DNA of 64,000 nt, taken from assembly GCF_037042905.1 (NCBI RefSeq), contig NC_087251.1:42844001-42908000 (forward strand). The letters are read 5' to 3'. The notes beneath the pieces are model-generated. The model searched no databases. It had not been told where the DNA came from and worked only from the letters and a program-made list of their open reading frames with translations. Of this stretch, positions 35,503-48,500 are shown piece after piece. Every line of letters starts with the position of its first letter. The stretch's first letter is position 1. The DNA comes from Lytechinus pictus (lineage: Eukaryota). Position numbers and translations under genes: made by a program.

Positions 35503-38199
35503 TTATGAAGTGAAGTAAAACTTGAGAAAATTCGTATCGGACGTACAAAAATGTTGATTATTTTATGGAGAAATCAAATGGGGAAATGAGGCACGTTTTG
35601 ATAGGAAAATAAAATCAGAATTACGAAGAATCTACCCATGAAGAATATGAAAAGGGGTACTTGGATGAACATAATAAAGGGGGGAGGGGTCGAAAGAGCG
35701 GCGTAGAGATATTTCATGGGGGTGTACGATGACCTAAACGTGACGTATTTTTGTATCATTTTAATACAAAAAGTAGTTCAATGTTGCGCGACTCTTGTTG
35801 ATACTTTAATTTGTTAATTCCTTTACTTTCTTCATTTTCCCTCTATAAGAAGTTTTAACTTCATGAACAATATGGGGGGGGGGGGGGGGCTGACGCCACC
35901 TGCCCTCTATGGAGCCCGTGGTAAAGGCCCCTTTACCAGACAGAGAGCACTGAGCTGTTAAAACGGATAACATGTCAGACTAGAGAGAGGCACGCGGGCA
36001 TTTGCTCCAGCTTTCAAATTTGGCTTTTTTCAAAATGGAAAATGATAGAAAAGGAAGAGGCTTCACCAAGTAGATTGATAATGGGGATTAATTATGATAA
36101 AAATGGACGAATTCATCTTGATTCTGAAAGCTATCATTCCTGTACTGTAGCTGCCTGTGCGAACCCCAGCTAGTCTCCCCCTCCCTCTATTTACTCGTTA
36201 ATAGACTACGATATGAAGATGATATGTCATTGAATGAGGGAGCGGGCATGCATGCTTCCTTTATCTCCTTATTCATATAGCGTTAATGAATTAATGTAAA
36301 AACTAAATTCTATTTTTTGGACTATTTCGCTTTTTTGAAGAGCGCTACCTTATGAAAGTTCATGGGCTTTAGCACTCAGTCGAATCTCCTTGCCACATCT
36401 TTACATAATTATGATGACTGACCTACCCAGGAGCCCGGCAAATATATTGTTTTCGCTGCTTGAAGATTTCATTAGCAATTTCGATGTTTTTTTTATACCC
36501 CTCAAAATATTGGCTTTTATGTTCAGTCACCTTATAAAGAAAATGTTAAGGATTTTTTAAAAAGAAAATCCGGTGAAAACCAATAAAATACATTGAAACA
36601 AACTATGTTTTATGTCCGGGGAAAATTTGTATTGTATTGATCGTGTCAATATTCTCGTCTATTGTCAGTTTGTAACTTCACACGGCACGCCTTGACAGCG
36701 TCATAAAACCTCATAATTCAATATCACATGACCCGCAGGCGATGGCTGGAGAGTGAGACACAAATATTTAAAGAATCAATTATAGTTGACTTGATGATCT
36801 TTTCCCGCCCTGGGGCAAGAACTCTCCGCGCTGATTGGTCTGATTTTAGGTTACAAACTCCACGTCAACTTGAATTTGCCTGCGTCCTGTCGGCGCACGT
36901 CTCCGCCCGCGCGTCCTGAATAGCAGTTTGTCGGGTTTGATTTATTCAACACTTGGAGAAAATCATTTCATAGCTTTTAAATTGGGGAGATGACGAGGAT
37001 ATGACAATTGATCCTTCATATCATAATTGTGTTCATTCCCACACGGTCTTTTCAAAGACGTTCTCGCAGAGAGTAACATGATAAATTTAGATCACTATTT
37101 AGAAGGCGTGACCTTTAGGTTGAGGCATATTACAACTATTTATAGCGAAGTATTCTTCGCCTGTCATTGTATTATTGTAAAGCTTTCTACTGTGTGATTA
37201 AACTTGTCAATAATCACAATAGAGAAGTATAATGGTACAACCAATTGGATTAGATACCAGTTGCAGCTTTTGAACAATTTTTAGGGACCCTATAGGGGTT
37301 TGGTCCATACTTCAAAAGGGAAATGCGGAGCATCCCATGCGTTAAACGTGGATGTATTTTATTTGTCCCCATAAGTAATCCGAGTGAGCATGGCGAGCGT
37401 AGCGATTTAGAAATTAAATTTTCTTTTTGATGGCACAACTATTATTTCTTTTTTAAAGAAAATAAAAGTATATGCTCACATTAAAAAGATGTATATTCAG
37501 TCAAATAACGGACTGTTGGTTTTTTTTTTGGTGGTTATGATAATAACAACCATCGAGTGGAAATCCCAAATAAATGGTTGAATTGGTGATTTCAATGAGC
37601 TAATAGCACTAATTTATCAACTTTTTCTACAAAATTTGGACCAGACGTCCTTACAAAAAAACAATATTACAGCAAAAGTGCACCTTTTTTTGTGAATTTG
37701 AGCAGTCCATGTTTTGGTATTTATGTGCAGATTGAAATAATTTATTGTTTTAAATTGCGAAGGAACTACAGTTGCCCCCGCATTCTATGCGTATTTCCAG
37801 TTCACAGCCTTTCTCATACGCCTATAAAATTGTTTTATCATGGTAGTATATAGATCATTATTACTTGGGGAGTTTTTACGATGGACCTCTTTGTTAACAA
37901 GGGCCCAAAATGTATCAACTCTTTATTCCTTATTTGTCCTTTTCAGTGTAAATCACTTCCATTTTGCGAGTGCATGAGTATTTGAAATAAATTGCTGTAA
38001 ACATGAAAACAATTAATTTGGGAGTGTTTTAACCCTATATTGCAATTATAATTGCACTTCCAAATACATCTATCGCCCTTTTTTCAGCAGATCTAGCTCG
38101 TCCAAGAATCGGTTGGTCAATGATCAATTCCGAACCATTCACTAACACACTCTGCATTTGTTTATTCATGAAACTCCCTGGTTATTTCTCATCGAAGTT

Positions 38200-38967
38200 G
38201 GGCAATTCCAAGCAAAATATGACATTTTCCAAAAATTCATATTGGCTCCATTTCAAATCTGGATCAAATCTTTTGTTCAAAACTCGTATGGAATTTCATA
38301 AATACAAAAGGGGAACATAATTAGCCACAGTTTTTTTTTCTTGCCCATCTCGTAATTATAGGAGAATCCAAACCATATATAGAAGAAATTCTATACACAT
38401 GGGACTACATATATTGTTTTTTACTTAATTTCAATTTAACAGAAAACTATTGTTTGGTAAAATTTTCTTTTGGATAATCTGAAGGTCATCATTTTACATC
38501 ATATCAAACGAAAATTTTAAAATATAAGTTCATTTTACGTTGCCTGTGTGTGGATATGTCTGATGTCACTCTGTAACCGTCACTCCATAACCAGGTATGG
38601 GTTTACGTTTTAAGTCGTAATTAATGAAATAATACACCATTTTTTAGATGTAATGCAGAAGCTAGAACAGCATAGAATCCAATCAATAAATCAAAATTGT
38701 GATAGCAATTTCAAGTTCACAGAGTTTGAGCAATATGTTTTCTCAAATATGCATGTCCATTTTGCGTCACTCCGTAACCATGTATATGACTATTCATATC
38801 TCATTAATTCAGTAGATCAAAATAAATGTTATTTTGAAAAGTGGGTTTCAGCAACTACCGTTAGGTACCATTTCTTTGCAAATAACCATTCAAATATGGG
38901 TGATATCTTTGTTTGAATGCAAAAAAAATTGTTTTTAAATGTCACTCCGTTTACCTTCGAACTGCCC
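38200..38967. mobile_element. Non-autonomous DNA transposon with 4-bp TSD (Sola-like)
   Basis: TIR GGGCAATTCCAAG vs reverse complement GGGCAGTTCGAAG (11/13); AGTT duplicated at 38196-38199 and 38968-38971; internal GTCACTCCGTAACC-type motif four times. Confidence 0.7.
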
Positions 38968-39848
38968 AGTTCTCGTCAAAGCTATAATATATCGATCAAT
39001 ACTTCATGACTTTTCGCTTGGCTACCCAATTCATGCACCTATACAAAGTTGTTCATATTAATTTGTGTGCTATCTATACTCCTTTGCCATAATTTCACTT
39101 TGCATAGATTTTTGGAATTTGACGCCTTTCAAAACATATCACTTTTAACGAACAGAACACTGGTGACATTGTAGGCTATATTAATGGGTTGGTGAAGCAC
39201 ATGACTTTTATTCGAACCATATAGATATATCTCTATGATTCGAACTTACAAACCTCTATTCCGAGAGAGTATCTTGAGTTTTCTCTTTCGTATCCATTTC
39301 ATCAAAGTGAATTCCTGATCTGATTTCAATCTTGTAAAAGATAGGTACATGTAATAATGTATATATAGATGCCGGTATCATTAAAAGTTACTTGTTTGTT
39401 GGCCCTGCTAACACACTGATCGGATTACCATCATTCTTTCTGTTGTCAAGGACGTTAGTGAAATTGAATATTATTACGATCTTGTCTATCAAATTATCAT
39501 CGGTTTCTTAGAATAATTATTGCCATCCTTAAAATTATATAGACTTCTATATTAGACTATATAATAGTATCTATCAAATTGATCATAAACTGGTGTGAAT
39601 ATTGGTCGCAGTCAATACAGTATCTGTGATATTAATGATTAGCGTTGCTATTCCATTCTTTAAAAAATTAATACGCTTTTTTTACAGCATCTGATCACCC
39701 CCCCGCCATGTTAAATTAATGCACAAATGAATTTCGCCCTTGTCTTTTTTTTTACTGGCGTTTGTGTGTGCCGGTGGAAGAGGACTACTGGCCCTGAAAT
39801 GTCAAATAATTCACGTTGTAAAAGAGCCCCTCCCGCAATTTGATACTA

Positions 39849-40462
39849 CCGTGTGAGTAAAAAAAAAATGACACCTCACAAATCCCCATTTTAAGGAAAA
39901 AAATATGTTATGAACACATATATGGCTGGAAAGAGTATCTTCTCCCAATGAATTTGATACCCTATTTATGTGGTATGTGTAAATGTTTGGATAATAAGGA
40001 GGTATTCTTTGCAGTGATGTAAATTTTGACTTGCGCCAAAGTAAGGCATGACTGCAATGAATGTATCCAGATGCCAGTGATATCATCCTACATGTAAACA
40101 TATTTGTAAATCCCCTTTCTATGAAATTAACTTGAGAATTGATACTAAAAAAAGTATTTATGAAACAATTATAATGTGAATTATTAAAAAGTGTTTTGAA
40201 ATGTTAATGCAACCTCTGTAGGATTATGACGTCATTGAAGTCTGGATTCATTCATTGAAGTCATGCCTTACTTTGGCGCAAATCAAAATTTGCATCACTG
40301 CAAAGAATACCTCCTGATTATCCAAGCGTTAAAACCTACCACATAAACATGGTATCAAATTATTTGGGAGAGCATACTCTTTCAGGCTATTATGTGTTCA
40401 TGACATAATTTTTCCTTCAATTTGGGATTTGTGAGATGTATTTTTTTTCTTTACTCACACGG
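39849..40462. mobile_element. Tc1/mariner-type foldback MITE with ~240-bp inverted arms
   Basis: TA|CCGTGTGAGTAAA ... TTTACTCACACGG|TA; the arms also share GGAGGTATTCTTTGCAGTGATG / CATCACTGCAAAGAATACCTCC. Confidence 0.9.
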
Positions 40463-42753
40463 TATATTCGTGATACAAATGAAAATAGCAAAAAAAAAAT
40501 CCCCTCTTGTTCATAATATACTTGAGGAGAGAGAGGGAGGGGGTTCTTATATCCTTTGTAATTCAGCCCGCATACTAAATAAAAGATACAGGTATTGTGC
40601 CGCCTTTTAAAGATTTAATGACATTCTTTTTAATATATATTTTATACGTGCCCCTTAAATGTGTTTGTCACGTCGTAAAATTAATCTTTGTCATTGAATC
40701 GTTGCCGTATTATGATTTTCATTTCTTTGCACATTATGTCACAGTAAAACGATCCCGAACAAGGTCAAGTAAACTTTATTGGCGTGTTTTGATAACTCGA
40801 TACTTGGCATGGCTTTACATGTTAATTATTTGCGTCAATTATTATGCAAGGATTGTGCGTTATATATCGAGTAAAGTGGTAAAACGCGGGCATTATTTGG
40901 TAATGGATGAATCAAATAAAATTTGTCGGAATTACTATTCAGGTGTAATCTACATTTTTTTTTTTTTGGGGGGGGGGGCTTCTTACATCTTACAGAACAT
41001 AATTATCGTCATGTCTGTTTTGCGAGTACCCCCCCCCCCCCCTTCTCTCAAATGATACGCTTTGCTTGAGTAATTCATAATGCCGTGCACTGTGTGAAAA
41101 CAAGTAATTGGCAAGTTTTGTTTCATTCTGTGCTTGCCCCTTTACGGATTTTTTTTTTTTGGGGGGGGGGTTAAGGCCACATCCAGGGGCGGCCCCTGGG
41201 TTTTTTTATGGGGGAGAGGGGCAAGACGAGTTACACGACCAAGACCTCCTTTTTCAAACTATTCTGTCTTCCTCCTTTTTTTTATCCTATTAATTTTCAC
41301 TTCTTTAAAATCCTTCCTTGTTCACTATAGCTAGCACCGCCCATGTGTACATCAATATTAGTTGTAGAAGAAAGAGGAAATTTCATGAATAACTTTTGAT
41401 TTCGCATGTATTTTACGACTCATAAAAAGGTTTAGAGAGGATCGAATTTGTTTACTACAGGCGTCGTGGTCTTTATTACGAACCAGATCTGTTCCCGAAA
41501 GTATCTCATTTGTCACGCGTTTAGCACGTAAATTTGGTTATTTATTGGAGTAGGTCAAATAGATGAATGTAGTTTCCTGCTCTTCAAATCATAAACATTC
41601 GTAAACATTATACCGCTGGAGGTTTAATATTTCTTGTAATCCACACGGGAGGGTTCACATCACTTGTGACAGTTCCATGTCGAGGATCCCCCCTTCCTTG
41701 ATGCACAAAGCGCTTGCAAATGCAACTCGAGAATATAGTATTACAGTTCGGAATAGATTACATTTATTCACAATTTAAAGACGGCGCCAAGTTTATAAAT
41801 ACTTATCCTCAAAAAGCATCTTCATAATTACTAACACCATCAGCATTAAGTATTAAAACTAGTATCTCAAATTATAACGGATTATCTAAAATATCATTTA
41901 AAAAATGTCATCATCACGACCATCATCATCATCGTCTCAAAGTATGACCTCATCAAAATTATATATTGTTTTTTTTTTCTTTAATTAAGAGAGGGGAAAA
42001 TCCCCACTCCCACTGTCGCAAAATATTGCCCCCTTCAATTTCATGCCAAATATGTTGTGTTTAAAAAAATGATCTTGTATTGACATTTATTTCTTCTGCA
42101 TGTTCAAAAACATGAGAAATACGATCTTGGTGCAAGGAAGCCCCCCCCCCCCCCCCCCCGCCTTGATAGAGAAGAACAAGGTTTTCGTAATATTATTTCC
42201 GGTCCTTATGTTGAAGCGACAGTCGCATCCTCGGTCGCACGGATGTTCTCACTTCTTTAGACCCCACACACATTCACTTACTGCGTAACATAAACAACAT
42301 GAACCTGTAAACTCGAATTCAAATACTTTCCTCTTTTATTAGATGGATATCTGATATCTCACATCATTTCTAGTCTCACCTTGTGCGAAATAAAGTGGCG
42401 TGCAATAGTGCTTGCAGTTCAAATAGATCACTTTTATAAGTTCAGAGAGGTAAATCATTTTCTCAAAAGTGCTAGTCAGAAATCGATCTTATAATGGCCC
42501 AACCTCAGGTTAAATTTCATTAGTTTGTGTGTGTTTTTTAAATGTCGTTTGAAATAATCCCTCATTTATTTCCTTTTTTCAGACCACCATTGTATTTTTC
42601 TAGTACATGATTGGTTTTGTTCTTTATCCCACGGAACCGTTTCCACGGTAAATTGTATTAAATGCCTTAAAAATGATACTAGGTCACGGTAAAAAAAAAA
42701 AAGAAGAAAGAATTAATGTATTCTCTTTTAAAGATTAACCATAGAGCTACTAA

Positions 42754-42782
42754 CTGGGCGTTGTGGCGTGCGCCTGTAATCC
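42754..42782 (+). pseudogene. 29-nt fragment resembling the 5' end (Alu domain) of 7SL/SRP RNA
   Basis: CTGGGCGTTGTGGCGTGCGCCTGTAATCC vs recalled 7SL/Alu 5' end GCCGGGCGCGGTGGCGCGTGCCTGTAGTCCC; similarity stops abruptly. Confidence 0.6.
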
Positions 42783-44575
42783 TTTGTAATAATCCCGGGT
42801 AATAACAACTTGGCACTATTGAAACCTTTCAAATCGTTCAAGTAGTAATGGTCAAGTGATAATAACAAAGGTCATAATTTGTTGCTTCTGAATTATGTTT
42901 GCAGTAACCATGAACGCAGCTCAACAAAATGAATGGAAATCATATTCGATAAGGAGGGTTCCTTAATTTGTGTAAAACGTCGTATTTTAAGGCGTTTCTC
43001 TATACCCACCGAGTAAAACAAGGTGTAAACAAAAGTAATGTTCCATTCTTTTTCAGTGTGATGTACTACAAAGTTAAAAGTACCGCATTATCATGATCAT
43101 GCGAGTGTTTTAAAATAGTTTGTTATTACGTAGATGTTACATGATGGATGTATTTTTTTTTTATTAAAACGAATCTTTGGAAAATGATGCCTTCACAGAA
43201 ATATAAATTTCAATAATTGTTTGTCTGGTATTACGTATTCAAGGTGATATATACATATTTTCTGCCCATTGTATGTATTTCCACCTATAGAAATTGGACG
43301 GAGCATATAATTCAGATGGCAATTGTGGAAGAAAAGAGCAACTTTTGAGCGTATATGAGGTAGACAAATTAAAGATCAAGATAAATCCTAGTCTTTTTGG
43401 ATATTTAGTTTCAATAATCATGACTATTGACCCTTTAAACTTCCATTTTATGTTATTTGTTAAATTATGCGTTTCAATTTTTTATAGTTTCATCATTGAA
43501 TCTAATTCAATCAAAGATAATGTAATTCCTTCGATATGTACTTTCATTCTTAACGCATATTCTATTAGACACAATGCTCAATAATTTTATGTATAAGATC
43601 GTAAAGATAATTTATGTTCATATTTTTCGTCAAGTGTTAAATTGAGAAATGGCTTCTGTAAATTGCCTATATACAGACTACCAAATTCTGTAATTCCCAA
43701 AGACTTTGTACAAGGATCGCCCAGTTACAGAATAGGCAAGTGATTAAAGGCAGACACTAGGTAAATTTTGTCTAGGATTTAATATTCAAAATCGAAGTTG
43801 TTCTGTATAAACAGAAATTAAAATAATGACTTTGGTGAAATGATATATAGGGTTTGGGTTAGAAATTTTCGACCCATGAAATTCACTGTCCTTCTTTTCA
43901 AAGCCATTAGGATCCCTGAGATGAAATCTGGATAACGATGGATATACTAATTTAGGGTCACGAGAAAGAACATACATGCGATATGTTCGAGATAGGATGG
44001 AGCAAAAAAAATATGTCTTGTTGATAACAAATTGGAATTAAGTGACATTTCTTACATTCCTGACATGAAGGATAAGAATGGGTGATACAAAAAATTTGCC
44101 AATCAGGTTCAGAGATAATGTCAAGATATAAGTAACAGATTCATTATTCGATTTATAGTCGAAATGACTGTGTGCAAGCAATTAACTTGCGCTTCAGGCT
44201 ATAAGCGTCTGTTCTAAGCTGTTGGTGCCAGTTGGTGCCAAACCCCCCCCCCCTTTTTTTTTTTTGAGCGATAATGCGATCACATCTACTGTATATAGAC
44301 AATCAACTTGAAGTTCATAAAAGTCTGTTTCATTTACAAATAAATTACATTAATCCCTGTCTGAACGTGATTTCTGTACAATAATGGAATTGTATCCTTT
44401 AGTTTTGTTTGTACACTTCATTGTCTCCCACGACTCCTGTAATGTTGAGACAAACGACATGGCTTGTTTCCTGGTTACAAAATACAATAGTCAAGCTTTC
44501 GTCCATTTCGACAGATCCAAAAGTCATTAAAAAGATGCCAGGACAGGACCGTTGCTTTGGCAATTTTTTCACTGT

Positions 44576-44836
44576 TCACTGTCGTATTTCTTCATCACTG
44601 CCATTGCAATCAGCAAATGTGCTTTCCCCGAATTCCGTTCTCAGTCGCATGCAGTTCTCGGTCTGGTTCTCATTGTTGTTTGAATCACCACTTTCCTTAT
44701 CCATATGACTGTCCATGTCTAGTTGTTGTTGTTTAGCTTGTACGTCTTCTGTTTGTCCTTCTGGTATGCCATGTGGCCGGTTGAATTGCTGAGTGTGCCG
44801 CCACTTCATACGCCGATTTTGAAACCAGACTTTTAC
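44576..44836 (-). CDS. HLX: HLX exon 4: homeodomain helix 3 (VKVWFQNRRMKWRH) and acidic C-terminus
   Basis: ttttttcag acceptor on minus strand; 261 nt to TGA. Confidence 0.95.
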   Translation of the reverse strand, partial: VKVWFQNRRMKWRHTQQFNRPHGIPEGQTEDVQAKQQQLDMDSHMDKESGDSNNNENQTENCMRLRTEFGESTFADCNGSDEEIRQ

Positions 44837-45151
44837 CTGAAAAAAAAGGAAAAAGATTTTTTTTAAATAATAGTAATGATAATAATAATGATAATAACAA
44901 TATTTATTTTGCGTACTTCCCATCTTAATTGCATGATCAAGGTGCTTCAGATAAAATTACAGGAAGAAAAATATCAAAGTTTAACAATGAAAACATATAT
45001 AAATGAATATCTGGCGAATGCATTCTTGTGCAGCTTCATCTTCCAGGTTTTTTTTTAACAAGATGAGGTACAAGCAAGATTAGTTGATTGATTTTGAGTT
45101 TTGACTGAGTGTTTGCAATAAGAGGATTGAAAGAAAATGCATGATGCTTAC

Positions 45152-45534
45152 TTGAGCATCCGAGAGGCCCAGGGCAGACGCAAGTTGCCTTCTCTCTGGT
45201 TTGTTCACGTACTTCTGGATCTCAAAGCGTTTCTCAAGGCCCTTTCTCTGCAGGCTTGTAAATACAGCCCTTGACCAAGACCGCTTGCGTTTGTGGTTCC
45301 CTGATATACCTGTGTTGATCCCACCGCTGCCACCGATATTCGCCTTGATGTCCTGCCCGATCTCCTGCACCAGGTTCGATCGCATTACCGAAGCTGCCGC
45401 AGCAGCCTGGTGGAAGGACCGGGGTAGGGTGGGATGCGAAGGTGGTAGAGTGGGTTGGAGTTGGTAGCAGTGCTGAATGGTGGGGTCCAAGGTTCGGGTC
45501 CATGGGTAGGGACTGTGACGTGATTGGAAGTTCT
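45152..45534 (-). CDS. HLX: HLX exon 3: homeodomain N-part [45 protein letters not shown]
   Basis: caccag acceptor (phase 1), CAA|gtaagc donor; close to recalled human HLX [45 protein letters not shown] and unlike DBX. Confidence 0.95.
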
Positions 45535-48500
45535 CTGGTGTCGAAAGAATGTAATAAGAAGAAAAAGCCAAACAGTGATAATCAGATGCATGGATATCAA
45601 ATTATTACTTCCATATAAAAGTATTAACCATCAAATTCCTTCTCATGACACAATAATTTGCATAATATGGCACATTGGTTTCTTGTATCCTGGTCGCATG
45701 CACAGCCCCCCCCCCCCGAAAACGGTATTCTATTTACTGAACTAAACCTAAGACGTTGGGTATATTTTGTTTGTGGTAATGCAGAATATGCTTTCCGTAA
45801 TCGAACCTTTTTAAGATCATTTTAATAGGGGGTATGAAAAGTTCAGAACACTTTACAAGGAAAAAGGGTCACGTGTTCAGAAACCAGAAGAAAATTCAAC
45901 GGAAATGTGGTAGCTCCTGACTTTTGGAAACTTCTATCAGGTTTATTTTTGGTAACTAGGCTCATAATTACCAATTGACGCGTATTATCTTGATAAAGAT
46001 TACTGTTTTCGATCTATAATGATTTATGGCAATATGAATATGATAAATATGCGGAAAAGTTTTCTTCAAAATTAACTACTGTTTGGTTGACCGGAAATAA
46101 TGCATTTTCTCCCCGGTGCCTAGCTCACGTTGCAAAGGTTTTGATTTTTACCGTACTCAGATTCGCTTTCGGTAAGTTTACCTTTGTAAATCACTTCTGA
46201 AACCATCTGGATTTTTTATCTGTCTCCGAGTTTCTCTGTCTCTCCCTCTGATTCTGATCATGCTCCAAATACTTTTCTTCATGAACAAACTAGATTTACA
46301 ACATGTTTAAATCTCCTTGGAACAAACAACAAAATAACTTAAAATGCTGAAGAAGAATGGACTCATGCCAAAGTATATATATATATATATATGTCGTTAC
46401 TAATCTTGACACCTGCTTCATTAGGCCTTTATCACCAATCTCACTGATGAATTATGGGTGTGATTTTCTATTGGAGATATTGATTAAGCCTTTATTAGAT
46501 CAAAATTTAATCGTACGAAACAAAGTGATAACTCGCAACAATTCGTCGTGTAATTATTGATCCAAAGCACTGATGGTTATTCTGTTTTTCTGCATTTGTC
46601 CATTTAGTAGCTCCCCTACCCACTATCCTTTCATCGTATCCTTAATTAACTGATGGGTACAGATTACTGACTGATTAATTGATCGATAAATTCGTTGATT
46701 TATGTTTGTGTTAATATCATGACTGATTGATGGTTGTTTTTATTCCTGCACGTTTCGATCAACGCTGGGATCGCTTCGGCCCGGCACGCTGACAGTTTTG
46801 CAATAGGCTCTTGCCTATTAAACCATCGCTAAACGTCATATCACGAACAGAAATCAGCCGTGATGTCTCGCTATCTCAGTGACACTCAATGCGGCTTCTT
46901 GGTTCCAAATCTCAAGACGTGAAATAGATACCTCTCGGGTCATGTAATGGGTTGTCATTTGAAACATGAAGACGCGTGAAATCTATCAGTGCGAGCGGCC
47001 CATAGTCCGGACCCCTACCCCGCTGGCTGGAGCCTCATCTCGTCCCAGTGGGAGTATCAAACATCGCATGTTTAGACCGACCCATCTAATTAAACGTCTC
47101 GAAGTATTTAAACAATCAGGTTATAACAGAAACAATACATCAGTGTCAGATAAAATGAATACTCAACGAATTATTTTGATTCCTATATCGGTCGTCTTGC
47201 GAAACGATTAGACGAGCATTGCGATCGGAAATTTCTCCAAAATGAGAGACGACGACGGCATCGGATAATAAACTTTAATTGTCGTCAATAATGTATTTCT
47301 ATTATTAAGGCTTTAAGCTAAATATTTTTGGCTAGTGAATATTTGATATTCATGGCTTCATAGAAGTATTTTGCTTATTTTAGTTGTGTGCCGCCCCCCC
47401 CCCCCTTCCCTCTCGTCAATGGACGATTGTGCATAATGAATTTTGTAGTCGTTTTTCTAGTTTCCGCGCCCTTTGTTTTTAAAGCGGAAATTTCGTAAGC
47501 GAAAATTCTTGGAAAAATGTTGTCCACATTAGGAATGAGTAGGAATCGAAATCATGCATGTTGACTGTTTTATGATTCTGCAAAACTATAAATGAAATTA
47601 TACCATCGATTATGTTATCAATAATAGAAAAAGGCGTCATTCAATTCGTGGCTATACTTATGCTTTCTAAATTGTTCGTTCAGTGAAAAGTTATGTTTTC
47701 CAGATTTTACTGCTGTCAATCACATTTTATGATTAGTACATAATCAGATTGGCTACATTTATGTAGCGTTTCTGTCGGGAGAGACATTGAGCCTCGACCG
47801 GGTCAAAAACATCTACATACCACGCGTCTCAGTCATGTGGCGAACCCCCTTCCCTCATATTGATATAAATATTTACGAGTGCATATTCGACCTTCGCATA
47901 TTGATCATTATTTTAGACCCCTGCACAGCCCCCACCGTCCATAAGTGTACACCCTCCTGCGTTCGCGTATCGATGGGGGTTGGGGGCCACTGGGCATCCC
48001 CCCCCCAAAAAAAAAAAAAAAAAAAATACGAGATAAATTTTTAAAAATTCCACGACCATGAAGATAAAGAAAAAAGAATGGGGAAAAGGGTAAAATCTAA
48101 ACATTACGTCGAAATCTTAATGTTTTTAGAAAGATATCAATTTTCGCTTGCGGCGTTTTTTTTTTATTTTTTATTTCGCCCCATACTTTACCCCTCTCAA
48201 AGTTTTGGCTCATATCACCCCTGCCCTCCAGCATAATAGAAGCCGTGTATGTTTTTGCTTGCTATTGAGTTTAGTAATCAAGATGGGCTTGGCTCCTGTA
48301 GTCCGAGCTGGACATCGACTTATACCATGCCCAATAAACGGCATACCGTCTGACCAACTTACGGGGCCTGATTCGAGGGGGAGGGGGGGGGGCATTTTTC
48401 GAACCCAATATCGACATTGCATACAAAGATAGAAACATTGCTGGATTTAAGAACGTTGTCGTGATTAAGAACACCATTTCATGTCTAAGGAGAGGGGTGA

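Noticed and set aside
44576..45300. Calling the homeobox gene DBX
   Set aside because: N-terminal arm [21 protein letters not shown] and KWRH match HLX; DBX has GMLRRAVF...KYIS...KWRN.
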